From the NCBI GenBank assembly GCA_029564765.1, contig JAKQPK010000019.1, forward strand, positions 27,919-91,918: DNA of 64,000 nucleotides, written 5' to 3'. The translations under genes and the position numbers were made by a program. Numbering within the stretch: position 1 is the stretch's first letter; each line of letters begins with the position of its first letter. This DNA is from Candidatus Omnitrophota bacterium. GTDB lineage: Bacteria > Omnitrophota > Gorgyraeia > Zapsychrales > Aceulaceae. The notes beneath the pieces were generated by a model that worked only from the letters and a program-made list of their open reading frames with translations, had not been told where the DNA came from and did not search any database. Below are positions 9,707 to 20,415 of the stretch, piece after piece.

Positions 9707-10662
9707 GTTCTCTCCTTCAACAACGCCAAAGGAACTTTCACATTAAAGTTCTCTTCTAAGGCTTTACGGGTTTTAACGATATCGCTTATGATCTCCTCGA
9801 TCTCTTCAAAAGTATATCGCTCCTTCATTACTTTTAGATCCGTCAGGCGATCAATATTCATTACATGAACGCTTTCAACGTCAATCTTAAGCAAAGAAAT
9901 GTCTTTAAACCAACAAAAAAGAAAATGTAGCATCTCCTTAACCTGCGCCGGATCCTTTAGGATATCTTTAACATACATATCATCATCGCGGGTTAAAAGA
10001 AATTGGTCGATCACAAGGTTTCTACGCTGCACAATAGCCTTTGCCTCTGCGCTAGGGATGCGCCCCGGACAACCTTCGGCCAAACATGACAAAAAATGGG
10101 CCTCGGCTTGTGTGACCTGGCCGGCCGCGGCTAAGCGGTCCCTGAGAGACGTCCGGCCTAAAGGAAACAAATACAAGGTCTGGCATCGTGACTTTATTGT
10201 GCCTAAAACGCTGTCTGGGATGGACGTTGTAAGCAAGATAAGCGTATTTTTTGCCGGCTCCTCCAATGTTTTCAAAAGCGCATTAGCTGCCTCCAGGGTA
10301 AGCCGCTCAACGTTTGGGATAATAAAGACTTTCGTTCTTGCCTCAAAAGCGCGTAATTGAACCTGCGACAAAAGATCCCTGACATCCTCGATCTTGATCG
10401 ACTCATCATCCTCTTGTCCAAGGACATGGACATCCGGATGCATGCCGCTAGTGATCTTAACGCATGCTGGGCAAGCATCGCAAAAGGTCGCGTGAGCAGC
10501 TCGTTCGCAATTCACAAGCTTGGCAACCGCGAGAGCTGTCTGCTTCTTGCCGATATGCTTAGGGCCTATCAAAAGATACGCATGTGCCAAGCGTCCAACC
10601 TTTAAAGCTTGGGCAAAACGCTCAAGGATCATCTCTGATGCAAATTTTTCTGTAGCTATCAT
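9694..10662 (-). CDS. holB: DNA polymerase III delta' subunit
   Basis: AAA+ Walker A HAYLLIGPKHIGKK. Position downstream of tmk. Confidence 0.8.
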   Translation of the reverse strand: MIATEKFASEMILERFAQALKVGRLAHAYLLIGPKHIGKKQTALAVAKLVNCERAAHATFCDACPACVKITSGMHPDVHVLGQEDDESIKIEDVRDLLSQVQLRAFEARTKVFIIPNVERLTLEAANALLKTLEEPAKNTLILLTTSIPDSVLGTIKSRCQTLYLFPLGRTSLRDRLAAAGQVTQAEAHFLSCLAEGCPGRIPSAEAKAIVQRRNLVIDQFLLTRDDDMYVKDILKDPAQVKEMLHFLFCWFKDISLLKIDVESVHVMNIDRLTDLKVMKERYTFEEIEEIISDIVKTRKALEENFNVKVPLALLKERTWKR

Positions 10663-11285
10663 GGCAAAAGCTTTCGAATATCGTTTTCGATGATCCGGCG
10701 GATCGCTTCACGGCTTTGATGACCAGCGATCACCTTGATACGCTTCGGCTCTTGACGAGCGATCTTCAAATATCCTTGACGGACACGATTATGGTATTGC
10801 AACGATCGCTGCTCAATACGGTCTCTAGGTTTCTGAATGCGCGACAACCCCTTATGAGTGGGAAGATCAAGCAAAAATGTAATGTCTGGAAGGATATCTT
10901 GTGTCACATAAGAACCGATCGATCTAATGAAACGGATATCCTCACCGCAACCATATCCCTGATAGGCGATCGTTGAGTCCAGAAATCTATCACAAACCAC
11001 GATCGATCCTTTCCTAAGCGCAGGAAGGATCTTTTCATGAACAAGCTGAGCCCTGGCCGCCATGTACAACAAAACTTCACAAGGCCTAGCCATCTCCTTG
11101 TTCTTATCATCAAGCAAAATGGTGCGGATCTTCTCGCTGATCTTAATGCCCCCTGGTTCACGAATATGCAAAACATCCCTTTTTTCACGCTTAAGAAAGT
11201 CACACAGCAGTTTTACTTGCGTGCTCTTTCCGCATCCTTCCGAGCCCTCAAACGTGATGAACAGTCCCTTTAACCTCTTCGCCAT
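10659..11285 (-). CDS. tmk: thymidylate kinase
   Basis: LFITFEGSEGCGKSTQ P-loop and DRF motif (VCDRFLDS). Confidence 0.9.
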   Translation of the reverse strand: MAKRLKGLFITFEGSEGCGKSTQVKLLCDFLKREKRDVLHIREPGGIKISEKIRTILLDDKNKEMARPCEVLLYMAARAQLVHEKILPALRKGSIVVCDRFLDSTIAYQGYGCGEDIRFIRSIGSYVTQDILPDITFLLDLPTHKGLSRIQKPRDRIEQRSLQYHNRVRQGYLKIARQEPKRIKVIAGHQSREAIRRIIENDIRKLLP

Positions 11286-12661
11286 TTTTGCCCTTCCTTG
11301 CCGTCTTCGACGATAATACCGCGAGCTTTCAGCGCGTCCCGCAGCTCATCCGAACGTTTAAAATCTTTTTGATGACGGGCGATCTCTCTTTCTTTGATCA
11401 AGGATCCCTCTTCTTCCGTCAGATCAACTTCTTTCGTGATAAAAACAATTCCAAAAATATCCCTTAAGATCCCCTGAAGCTCCTGTGCGACTTTTTTAAC
11501 GATCGATGGATATTCTTTCTGGGATTTTAACTTGTATGTTTCGCTGACCATTTCAAATAAAGCGGCTAAAGCGCGAGGTGTGTTAAAATCATCATCCATC
11601 GCTTTAATAAATTCTTGATAATGCTGGTCAAAAGCCTTTATCGCAGGGTCTATCAGCGCACCCGAGGGCTGAACGGTACGGGCTTCTGCGAAGAAGATAG
11701 AAAAACGCTCAAGATTTTTACGCATATCGATCATTTTTTCTTCGGTAAAATCTAACGGACTTGCGTAATGAGAAGACAAAAAGAAAAGCTTGAGCGCGTC
11801 TACTCCGTATCTCGACAAGGCATCAGAAACAGTAATAAAATTCTTTAACGACTTCGACATCTTCTGGCCATTGATCGTCAGAAGCCCGTGATGGATCCAA
11901 CACCTCGCAAAAGGTTTTCCGGTCAAAGCCTCGCTCTGGGCGACTTCATTCTCATGATGAGGAAAGACCAGGTCCCGTCCGCCAGCATGAATATCCAAGG
12001 TTTCTGCTTGGGCGTATTTCATGCTCATCGCAGAGCATTCGATATGCCAACCCGGACGCCCTTTTCCCCATGGGCTTTCCCAAAAAGGCTCGCCCTCTTT
12101 AGACCTTTTCCAAAGGGCGAAATCAAGAGGATCCTTTTTCTTGTCGTCTTTTTCAATACGTACCGCTTCCTGCATCTTCTCGATGCTTTGCCCTGAAAGC
12201 TTGCCATAATCTTTAAATTGCCGTACGCTAAAATACACATCGCCATCTTGAGGATACGCGAAACCCTTCTCGATCAACCCCTCGATATGCTTGATCATCT
12301 CAGGGATGTTCTCTGTCGCTCGCGGCTCTGCATCGGCATCCAGGATGCCTAAAGCACGCAAATCTTCTCGATACGCTTGTATGTTGTCATCAACAACGAT
12401 CCTCCAATCTTTCTTCAGTTCTTGCGCGCGGTTGATGATCTTATCGTCAATATCCGTGATATTACGGATAAAACGAACATTATATCCGCGGAACATCAAA
12501 TAGCGGCGGATAACATCAAAGATATAGAGACTGCGGGCATGGCCAATATGACATCTATCATACACTGTCACGCCGCACGCATACATGCTCACCCGCTTGT
12601 CTTGAATTGGAACAAGGATCTCTTTTTTATTAGAAAGCGAATTATGAATTTGGATATGCAT
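11270..12661 (-). CDS. cysS: cysteinyl-tRNA synthetase
   Basis: HIGH (CHIGHARS) and KMSKS (KMSKSLKN) motifs, with zinc-binding Cys. Confidence 0.9.
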   Translation of the reverse strand: MHIQIHNSLSNKKEILVPIQDKRVSMYACGVTVYDRCHIGHARSLYIFDVIRRYLMFRGYNVRFIRNITDIDDKIINRAQELKKDWRIVVDDNIQAYREDLRALGILDADAEPRATENIPEMIKHIEGLIEKGFAYPQDGDVYFSVRQFKDYGKLSGQSIEKMQEAVRIEKDDKKKDPLDFALWKRSKEGEPFWESPWGKGRPGWHIECSAMSMKYAQAETLDIHAGGRDLVFPHHENEVAQSEALTGKPFARCWIHHGLLTINGQKMSKSLKNFITVSDALSRYGVDALKLFFLSSHYASPLDFTEEKMIDMRKNLERFSIFFAEARTVQPSGALIDPAIKAFDQHYQEFIKAMDDDFNTPRALAALFEMVSETYKLKSQKEYPSIVKKVAQELQGILRDIFGIVFITKEVDLTEEEGSLIKEREIARHQKDFKRSDELRDALKARGIIVEDGKEGQKWRRG

Positions 12662-12664
12662 ACA

Positions 12665-13342
12665 TTATTTTTTCTTTTCTTCCAAGCTGGCTAAACGTTG
12701 CTTGAGTTCTTCTAACTCCTGGACAATAGGATCCAAGATCTGCGCGTGATCCATCATCCGATCCATGCGCTTTCCATCTTGCTTGGTCACATGGCCAGGA
12801 ACCCCCACCACCGTCGTGTTGGGAGGAACGTCCTTGATGACGACAGCGTTCGCGCCAATATATGAATTGCTGCCAATCGTTATGTTTCCCAGCACTTTCG
12901 CGCCCGCTCCAACAACAATGTTGTCGCCTAAGGTCGGATGTCGTTTGCCAACCTCTTTGCCGGTTCCTCCGAGCGTGACTCCCTGGAACAGCGTCACATT
13001 CTTTCCGATAATCGCTGTTTCTCCAATGACGACACCCATACCATGATCAATGAAAAGACCACGGTCGATCTTTGCTCCAGGATGGATCTCTATCCCTGTA
13101 AAAAAACGAGCTGTCTGAGAGATCAAGCGCGGAAAAAATGGCATCTTGTGTTTCCATAAAAAATGCGCTAAACGATACGCAATGATCGCGTGCAACCCTG
13201 CGTACAAGAAAATGATCTGAAAATTCTCCTTAGCAGCAGGGTCCTTATCGCGCGCGGACCTGATCTCCTGGACGAACATCGTAGAAACAAAGAAATACCA
13301 CAATAAAACAAGTAGGATAAAATTAAGCAATAATAATGTCAT
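12665..13342 (-). CDS. cysE: serine O-acetyltransferase (short-type) with N-terminal hydrophobic segment
   Basis: Left-handed beta-helix hexapeptide repeats, [12 protein letters not shown]...GGTGK SAT signature. Start taken at M6, preceded by GGAGGG SD. The first ~25 residues are hydrophobic. Confidence 0.8.
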   Translation of the reverse strand: MTLLLLNFILLVLLWYFFVSTMFVQEIRSARDKDPAAKENFQIIFLYAGLHAIIAYRLAHFLWKHKMPFFPRLISQTARFFTGIEIHPGAKIDRGLFIDHGMGVVIGETAIIGKNVTLFQGVTLGGTGKEVGKRHPTLGDNIVVGAGAKVLGNITIGSNSYIGANAVVIKDVPPNTTVVGVPGHVTKQDGKRMDRMMDHAQILDPIVQELEELKQRLASLEEKKK

Positions 13343-13381
13343 GATCTTTCCCTCCATTAATCATACATATGATCAAACGAC

Positions 13382-13858
13382 CTATATTGAAAGCAGAACA
13401 ACAGCATACACAGCGATAGCCTCTTCGGCATTAGGCCCAAAACCCAACCCTTCTTGTGTTTTTGCCTTCACGCTGATCACATCCTCTGATAAAGACAAAG
13501 CTTGTGCCAGACATGAACGAATTTTAGGCTTAAAAGGTTTTAGGTTCGGCTCTTCCGCGATGATCACTGTATCAATATTAACGATCTTGTACCCTTTTTG
13601 ACGAATAAGTCCGTGAACTTTCTGAAGCAAAAAGATGCTGTTCGCGTCCTTGTAGGCAGGGTCTGTATCTGGAAAATGCTCACCGATGTCACCCTGACCC
13701 GCAGCGCCTAACAAAGCGTCGCAGATCGCGTGCGTTAGAACATCCGCATCCGAATGACCCAAGAGGCCTTTCTTAAACGGGATCTCTAATCCGCCTAAAA
13801 CAAGTCTTCGCCCATCCACCAGGCGATGCAGGTCATATCCTAAGCCGATCCGCTGCAT
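13382..13858 (-). CDS. ispF: 2-C-methyl-D-erythritol 2,4-cyclodiphosphate synthase
   Basis: GYDLHRL...HSDADVLTHA motifs. Confidence 0.9.
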   Translation of the reverse strand: MQRIGLGYDLHRLVDGRRLVLGGLEIPFKKGLLGHSDADVLTHAICDALLGAAGQGDIGEHFPDTDPAYKDANSIFLLQKVHGLIRQKGYKIVNIDTVIIAEEPNLKPFKPKIRSCLAQALSLSEDVISVKAKTQEGLGFGPNAEEAIAVYAVVLLSI

Positions 13859-14541
13859 ACTTTTCTCCTTGATAAAAGATACTCCGCAAAAGCTACGTCT
13901 TCTGGCGCAGTGATCTTGATATTGTCATAGCTTGAGAGAACGATCTTCACCTGAGAGCCTGCCTGTTCGACTAGCTGAGCGTCATCGGTTGGAGTAATGG
14001 ACGAAAGCGCGCTGTAAGCCCGATCAATGATCTTGCGGTCAAAAACTTGGGGCGTCTGGATCTCCCAAAGATCTTCACGATTAAGCGTAGCCCAAACGAC
14101 GCCGGTTTTAGTGCATACTCGCTTGATCGTAGACGTGACAGGAACAGCGGCCACAACAGCCTTGTCTTTTCTTCCAGCACGAATACAACGCCTTAACAGA
14201 TCATGCGTAATAAAAGGCCGAGCTCCATCATGAACAACAACAAGTTTTGTGTCGGCATCTAATCGTCGCAATCCATTACGGATAGAGTCACAGCGCCTTG
14301 CTCCGCCTGCCACACACATCACTTTCTTGTGTATGCCAGACTTCTTTATGGCCTTCTCAAAGACCGTGCGGCCTGCAGAAGGGACAACAACGATGACGCT
14401 GTCGATCAAAGAACATTGAGCAAAAACTTTTAAGCTATAAAATAATATCGGCTGCCCCTTGATCGCCAACAACGGCTTAGGAACCTTGCTTTTTAATCTT
14501 GTGCCTGCCCCCGCGGCGGCAATGATAGCTTGGACCTTCAT
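13840..14541 (-). CDS. ispD: 2-C-methyl-D-erythritol 4-phosphate cytidylyltransferase
   Basis: AIIAAAGAGTRL nucleotide-binding motif. Adjacent to ispF. Confidence 0.85.
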   Translation of the reverse strand: MKVQAIIAAAGAGTRLKSKVPKPLLAIKGQPILFYSLKVFAQCSLIDSVIVVVPSAGRTVFEKAIKKSGIHKKVMCVAGGARRCDSIRNGLRRLDADTKLVVVHDGARPFITHDLLRRCIRAGRKDKAVVAAVPVTSTIKRVCTKTGVVWATLNREDLWEIQTPQVFDRKIIDRAYSALSSITPTDDAQLVEQAGSQVKIVLSSYDNIKITAPEDVAFAEYLLSRRKVCSGSA

Positions 14542-15518
14542 GTGCGCACTTTTCCAAAGATCATGCGGCCTGCCTGTGTCTGGATCGCCGATGTGATCTC
14601 GACTGATACATCATGGCCGATCAAATGCCGCGCATCAGCCACAACGATCATCGTCCCATCATCCAAATAACCAACGGCTTGCTGATGCTCCGTACCTTCT
14701 TTGACCAACTTTACCGTGATACGATCACCTGGAAAAACAACAGGCTTAACCGCGTTAACAAGCTCATTGATATTCAAGATCTTTATCCCCTGGATACCGG
14801 CATTGCGGTTGAGGTTAAAGTCTGTCGTGCAGATCTTTGCTTCAATGCGTTTGGCCAGATGCAACAACTTATCATCAACATCCTGAATATCTGGAAAATC
14901 GTCTTCATGGACCTTGATGTCGATCGCGGAATCTTTTTGCATGTTGCGCAGGATCTCCATCCCCCGACGGCCACGCTCACGTTTTATGGCATCCTTGGAA
15001 TCCGCCAGAGTTTGAAGTTCTTTAAGAACAAAGCGCGGGACAACGAGCCTCGCCTGAAAAAAATCCGTCTTGCAAATATCAGAAATACGTCCATCAACGA
15101 TCGCGCTCGTATCTAAAATAACGACGTTTTCAAAAAAATTCTCCTTTCGAAACCTTACATAAGGAATAATGAGATTGAAATCATCCTTGCCACGCAAGGC
15201 CATCGTGACCCCCAGATAACAGAAGATGATCATTAAAATAACACGGAACAAAGAGATATGGTAATCTCCCAAAGGTAACAAAGCCAAGATATCCGTGATC
15301 AACTTAGCGATGACCATGCCCAGCAATAAACCAAAAACCATGCTGGACAAACCCCTCAAAGAAACACGGTACATCTTTGTTTCAAGGAAGATCAGCAAGA
15401 GGCCAAAGATCCCTCCGCCGGCTAGGCCTATAGTGCCAAAACCTGAGATATCACCTATCTGATGACCAACGGTCATGCTGACAATAAGAAAGAAAACGCG
15501 AATGATGAATAATGTCAT
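14538..15518 (-). CDS. membrane-anchored PIN + TRAM domain protein (YacL-like)
   Basis: N-terminal TM helices, a central PIN-like domain and a C-terminal TRAM-like beta-barrel. Sits upstream of ispD as yacL does in Bacillus. Confidence 0.7.
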   Translation of the reverse strand: MTLFIIRVFFLIVSMTVGHQIGDISGFGTIGLAGGGIFGLLLIFLETKMYRVSLRGLSSMVFGLLLGMVIAKLITDILALLPLGDYHISLFRVILMIIFCYLGVTMALRGKDDFNLIIPYVRFRKENFFENVVILDTSAIVDGRISDICKTDFFQARLVVPRFVLKELQTLADSKDAIKRERGRRGMEILRNMQKDSAIDIKVHEDDFPDIQDVDDKLLHLAKRIEAKICTTDFNLNRNAGIQGIKILNINELVNAVKPVVFPGDRITVKLVKEGTEHQQAVGYLDDGTMIVVADARHLIGHDVSVEITSAIQTQAGRMIFGKVRT

Positions 15519-15536
15519 AACTTCTCCTTTATGATT

Positions 15537-16895
15537 TTATAAAATATCCAAAGCCTGCTTAACGGTCTCAACACCGACACACTCGATCTTTTCTTTCCTG
15601 ATCTCCTTCGCCTTTAAATTATTCTTAGGCAGGATGCAGCGCTGAAAACCTAATTTTTGAGCTTCGTTGATACGCGTTAAAACATGACTGATGCTACGCA
15701 CTTCCGATGATAATCCGACTTCCCCTAAGACAACAACATCATGAGGCATCTTTCTGTCAAGAAGGGCTGTAGCAATGGCTAATGTCACCGCCAGGTCTGC
15801 GGCTGGATCCACAACCTTCACGCCGCCGACAACGTTCAGAAAAATATCTTTATCCTGCAATGACAGCCCTATTTTCTTCTCAAGCACAGCGGCTAAGAGA
15901 GAAAGGCGATTCGCGTCAAAACCTTGAGCCTTTTGCCGCGTTACGCCGAAACTCGCCCGGCTTACCAACCCTTGGATCTCAACCAAAAATGGCCGCGTCC
16001 CTTCCAGTATGGGAACAATGACTGACCCTGAAGCATCATGAAGACGCTCTGACAAAAAGATCTCAGAAGGATTCTTGACCTGTCGCAATCCTTCAGCTGT
16101 CATCTCAAACACACCGATCTCGTTCGTTGATCCAAAACGATTCTTTGTGGCTCTCAATACGCGATACATCGAATAGCGCTCGCCCTCAAAATATAGCACC
16201 GTATCCACCAAATGTTCTAAAACGCGAGGCCCAGCCAGCATTCCTTCCTTTGTCACATGACCAATCATAATAACGGCAACACCTCTTGTTTTGGCGAACT
16301 GTGTCAATAACGAAGCACATTCCCGGACCTGGCTCACGCTACCGGGAGAAGAAGAAATATTTTTCTGAAAGACAACCTGGATCGAATCCAAAATAACAAC
16401 ATCCGGTTTTAGCTTCTCAATATGCTGAAAGATCACATCCAGATCGATCTGATTAACGATATAAAGCTTACTGCTGTCTTTTTCTAAAAGACGATCCGCG
16501 CGCATTTTCGCCTGCTTCACGGATTCTTCCCCGCTAATATAGAAAATTTTATGTCCTTTATGCGATAACAGGCATCCTGCCTGCAAAGCCAAGGTAGACT
16601 TGCCGATCCCTGGATCCCCGCCAAGCAAAATGACAGAGGCAGGAACGATCCCACCGCCTAAAACACGATCAAGCTCATCATTTCCTGTACAGAACCGATT
16701 TTCACCATGGCTGACAACATCATTAAGAAGCATCGGCTCCTCTTTGCAAGTAAGGGAAGGTCGCGCTGTGCCTTCCATCGGTTGCAAGCTTTCTTCAACG
16801 AACGTATTCCAGTTCTGACATCCTGGGCAACGACCAAGCCATCCGGAGGATTGCGTCCCACACTCTTGACATATAAAGACTGTTTTTATTTTCAT
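15537..16895 (-). CDS. radA: DNA repair protein RadA/Sms
   Basis: N-terminal C4 zinc finger (CQECG...CPGC), RecA-like Walker A GDPGIGKST, KNRFG motif and Lon-like C-terminal domain. Confidence 0.9.
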   Translation of the reverse strand: MKIKTVFICQECGTQSSGWLGRCPGCQNWNTFVEESLQPMEGTARPSLTCKEEPMLLNDVVSHGENRFCTGNDELDRVLGGGIVPASVILLGGDPGIGKSTLALQAGCLLSHKGHKIFYISGEESVKQAKMRADRLLEKDSSKLYIVNQIDLDVIFQHIEKLKPDVVILDSIQVVFQKNISSSPGSVSQVRECASLLTQFAKTRGVAVIMIGHVTKEGMLAGPRVLEHLVDTVLYFEGERYSMYRVLRATKNRFGSTNEIGVFEMTAEGLRQVKNPSEIFLSERLHDASGSVIVPILEGTRPFLVEIQGLVSRASFGVTRQKAQGFDANRLSLLAAVLEKKIGLSLQDKDIFLNVVGGVKVVDPAADLAVTLAIATALLDRKMPHDVVVLGEVGLSSEVRSISHVLTRINEAQKLGFQRCILPKNNLKAKEIRKEKIECVGVETVKQALDIL

Positions 16896-16991
16896 AAATG
16901 AGCACGTGATTTATGGAACACAGTGATCATAAATCACTGTGCGAATTTATCCCAGGAAGCGTTAGCGACCGTGGGGTTTCCTTTGGAAGAA

Positions 16992-17960
16992 TCAAAACTT
17001 AATACTACGCTGGATCGTTAACATCCCCGTTTCTTCAGCGCCCGCATTTTCCCGTTCACGCCGTAATCGATACTTGAACTCTGTCTCGCCCGCGTCCTTG
17101 CCTCCAGATCCTTTACGGATCGTCCATTCACGATCGACATTCGTCTGTCGGATCAAAGGCAACATCTTCATTTTGGCTAGCTGCTGAGCAAAATCCTTAA
17201 AATCCTTGGAAAGATCAATTTGTCCTTCTAAAAAGAAACTAACACCGTTGGTTTCAGTAACGCTTGCGTCGATCAAGCGCACCATAGGATAAACACCTTC
17301 TATCCCGGTGGTGATCTCGTCATAACGAAAATTTCCTATCTGACCTGAAGAGGCAAGCCGCCCCTTAATAAGCAATCTTTCAATAAATCCTGTAACGCGT
17401 ATTTGACCGCTTACGTCTCCCATCACGCTTTCCTGGGCCTGGTTGAGCCAAGCGAACAGATCGCTTAATAACATGTCTTTGGCTAAAAAAGTCAGGTCCA
17501 TATCATAAGGCGGCAAAAAAGAAACCTGGCCCTGGCACTGGATCCCAGCGCCACGTAGCTGCCGTACAAAGATCTTGTCATCCACGATGTCGAGTTTACC
17601 CTGAATACCCTTATGGGATAACGCCGGAACCTGATCTTCTTCTTGAGATAACATTACCTCGACAAAAGATACACCGTCCGAAGGCTCAACAACCCTTATT
17701 GATCCTGACGCCTCAGCTGCAATGTGAAAGATCAGCGCCTGCAAACTTTTTGCAGAAAGCCGAAACTGAATAGACTGATCATCGCGCACCTCTGCTGAAA
17801 AGCTTATTTTCCCGTTATTAGAAAAAGAGCAGTCCGCCTGCACGCTTCGCCTTGAAACATCCCACAATCCTTGAAATGTGCAGATATTTTGAGCAAGGAC
17901 GGCAGAAACTGTTATAAAGCTAAAAACCACCGCTAAGAATAACGATCGAAGGGCTGTCAT
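16992..17960 (-). CDS. hypothetical secreted/periplasmic protein
   Basis: N-terminal signal peptide (LFLAVVFSFITVSAVLAQ). No recognisable domain. The reading frame is contiguous with the clpC stop. Confidence 0.5.
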   Translation of the reverse strand: MTALRSLFLAVVFSFITVSAVLAQNICTFQGLWDVSRRSVQADCSFSNNGKISFSAEVRDDQSIQFRLSAKSLQALIFHIAAEASGSIRVVEPSDGVSFVEVMLSQEEDQVPALSHKGIQGKLDIVDDKIFVRQLRGAGIQCQGQVSFLPPYDMDLTFLAKDMLLSDLFAWLNQAQESVMGDVSGQIRVTGFIERLLIKGRLASSGQIGNFRYDEITTGIEGVYPMVRLIDASVTETNGVSFFLEGQIDLSKDFKDFAQQLAKMKMLPLIRQTNVDREWTIRKGSGGKDAGETEFKYRLRRERENAGAEETGMLTIQRSIKF

Positions 17961-20383
17961 TATTCAAAAAACAAGATATCCTTGTTTTTATCGCGCTTCA
18001 CAATGATACTGCTTCCTTCGACGAACCTGCCTCCAATAATTTCCTCCGCCAAGGGATCCTCTAAGAATCGCTGGATGGTTCTCTTAAGTGGCCTGGCCCC
18101 AAACGTAGGGTCAAACCCTCTTTCGATAAAGAACTCTACAGCCTCTGGCGTAAGATTGATGGTAATATTTTTATCTTTGAGACGTTCTGTTACCTCTCGG
18201 ATCTCCAAGTTCACGATATGCTCTAAGTTTTCTTTCGTCAAAGATTGAAAAACGATGATATCATCCAAACGATTCAAGAACTCAGGCTTAAAGGTCTTTT
18301 TGATCTCATCCAACAACCGCTGCTTCATATCCTGATACGTAACTTCTTTATCTTGAGATGCAAACCCTAAAGAGCCTTTCTGGCGCAAGATCTCCGCTCC
18401 TACGTTGGATGTCATGATCACGATCGTATTGCGAAAATCCACGCGACGGCCTAAGCTATCCGTTAATCGTCCATCCTCTAAGACCTGTAGCAGAAGATTA
18501 AAAACATCCTGATGGGCCTTCTCGATCTCATCTAGCAAAACAACCGCATAAGGTCGCCGACGTACTTTTTCTGTCAGCTGGCCTCCCTCTTCGTAGCCTA
18601 CGTATCCTGGAGGAGCGCCCACTAAGCGCGAAACATTAAATTTATCCATATACTCAGACATATCGATCTGAATGATGGCATTCTCATCGCCGAACATGAA
18701 CTCAGACAAAACCCTAGCTAACAGGGTCTTGCCAACACCCGTTGGCCCCAAAAACATAAAAGAACCGATAGGCCGTAATGGATTTTTGATCCCGGCGCGA
18801 GAACGACGTACCGCGCGGGCGATCGCACTGATCGCCTCTGCCTGGCCAATGACCGACTGAGATAAATTTTCTTCAAGCTTAAGAAGCTTTTCGCTTTCCT
18901 TCTGCTCAAGACGAATTAAGGGGATCTTGGTCCACTGCGAGATAACGCGCGCGACATCTTCGTCGGTGATCGTTGGAATAAGCGAATCGCGCTTTTGCAA
19001 CCATTCGCGTCTTTTGGCCTCTAACTGTTCGCGTGCTTCACGCTCTTTATCGCGCATTTGAGCTGCTTTTTCAAAATCCTGGCTCTTTATATACGTTTCT
19101 TTTTCTTCTCGAAGCTCCTCGATCTTTTCTTCCATTTCTTTGATCTCTGGAGGAACAACCATAACGCTTAAACTTGCGCGCGCACCCGCTTCATCAAGAA
19201 TATCAACAGCTTTATCTGGCAAAAAGCGGCCCGTCACGTAACGATCCGTTAGTTTCGCTGAAGCCTCTAGGGCTTCGTCCGAATATTTTACGCGATGATG
19301 AGCCTCGTATTTATCGCGCAAGCCTTGCAGGATCTGGATCGTTTCTTCCACTGATGGAGGCTCGACCATGATCGTTTGAAAACGCCGTTCAAGAGCGGCA
19401 TCTTTTTCAATATTCTTACGATATTCATCGATCGTTGTCGCGCCAATGCATTGGATCTCTCCGCGCGCCAAAGCTGGCTTGAGAATATTCGCCGCATCGA
19501 TCGCCCCTTCGGCGGCCCCCGCACCGACTAACGTATGGATCTCATCAATGAACAAAACGATCTTCTTGGAACGCTTGATCTCATCCATGATCGCCTTGAT
19601 ACGCTCCTCGAATTGGCCGCGATACTTTGTCCCAGCGATCATCATAGCCAGATCTAAAATAATGATGTTCTTATCGCGAAGGTTCTCTGGCACCTCCCCA
19701 TTAACAACTAACTGTGCCAATCCCTCGACGATAGCCGTTTTTCCGACACCTGCTTCACCAATAAGGACAGGATTATTCTTTGTGCGGCGGGTCAATATCT
19801 GCACAATACGTTCGATCTCACCCTTGCGTCCGATCACAGGGTCAAGCTTTCCTTCCCGCGCCAACTTATTCAAATTACGGCCATAAGCATCGATTGCTGG
19901 AGTTTTTCCTTTCTTAGCAGTTTCCTGAGTACCAAATCCGGGGATCCCCGAACCCAAAAGCTCCATGACCTCGTTGCGCACACGCTCTAGGTCAACACCC
20001 ATATTCAAAAATACGCGATAAGCAACCCCCTCACCTTCACGAATAAGCCCAAGCAAAAGATGTTCCGTGCCGATATAATTATGACCTAAGGCGCGAGCTT
20101 CCTCCGCAGCTAATTCCAGCGCTTTCTTGCTGCGTGGCGTGAACGGAATATCTCCCATGACCTGCGTCTGCGGACCGGGCTGGACAACCTTTTCGATCTC
20201 GATGCGGATGGATTCCAGATCAAGTCCAAGTTTTTGCAAAACAGCCGCGGCAACACCCTCTCCCTCGCGAATGAGCCCAAGCAAAAGATGTTCCGTGCCG
20301 ATATAATCATGATTAAATCGCTTAGCCTCTTCTTTGGCTAGAACGATCACTTTACGGGCCCGCTCTGTAAACCGGTTAAACAT
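17960..20383 (-). CDS. clpC: ATP-dependent Clp protease ATP-binding subunit ClpC
   Basis: Duplicated N-terminal Clp repeat (GTEHLLLGL x2), two AAA+ modules and a UVR motif linker. Confidence 0.9.
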   Translation of the reverse strand: MFNRFTERARKVIVLAKEEAKRFNHDYIGTEHLLLGLIREGEGVAAAVLQKLGLDLESIRIEIEKVVQPGPQTQVMGDIPFTPRSKKALELAAEEARALGHNYIGTEHLLLGLIREGEGVAYRVFLNMGVDLERVRNEVMELLGSGIPGFGTQETAKKGKTPAIDAYGRNLNKLAREGKLDPVIGRKGEIERIVQILTRRTKNNPVLIGEAGVGKTAIVEGLAQLVVNGEVPENLRDKNIIILDLAMMIAGTKYRGQFEERIKAIMDEIKRSKKIVLFIDEIHTLVGAGAAEGAIDAANILKPALARGEIQCIGATTIDEYRKNIEKDAALERRFQTIMVEPPSVEETIQILQGLRDKYEAHHRVKYSDEALEASAKLTDRYVTGRFLPDKAVDILDEAGARASLSVMVVPPEIKEMEEKIEELREEKETYIKSQDFEKAAQMRDKEREAREQLEAKRREWLQKRDSLIPTITDEDVARVISQWTKIPLIRLEQKESEKLLKLEENLSQSVIGQAEAISAIARAVRRSRAGIKNPLRPIGSFMFLGPTGVGKTLLARVLSEFMFGDENAIIQIDMSEYMDKFNVSRLVGAPPGYVGYEEGGQLTEKVRRRPYAVVLLDEIEKAHQDVFNLLLQVLEDGRLTDSLGRRVDFRNTIVIMTSNVGAEILRQKGSLGFASQDKEVTYQDMKQRLLDEIKKTFKPEFLNRLDDIIVFQSLTKENLEHIVNLEIREVTERLKDKNITINLTPEAVEFFIERGFDPTFGARPLKRTIQRFLEDPLAEEIIGGRFVEGSSIIVKRDKNKDILFFE

Positions 20384-20415
20384 ACAACCTCCTAAAATTA
20401 ATTGTTACGTATCTC

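Noticed and set aside
16992-17960. A possible AsmA/TamB-like fragment in the secreted 322-aa protein between clpC and radA.
   Set aside because: It has only a signal peptide and no DUF490/AsmA signature that I could recognise by eye, so I left it as hypothetical.
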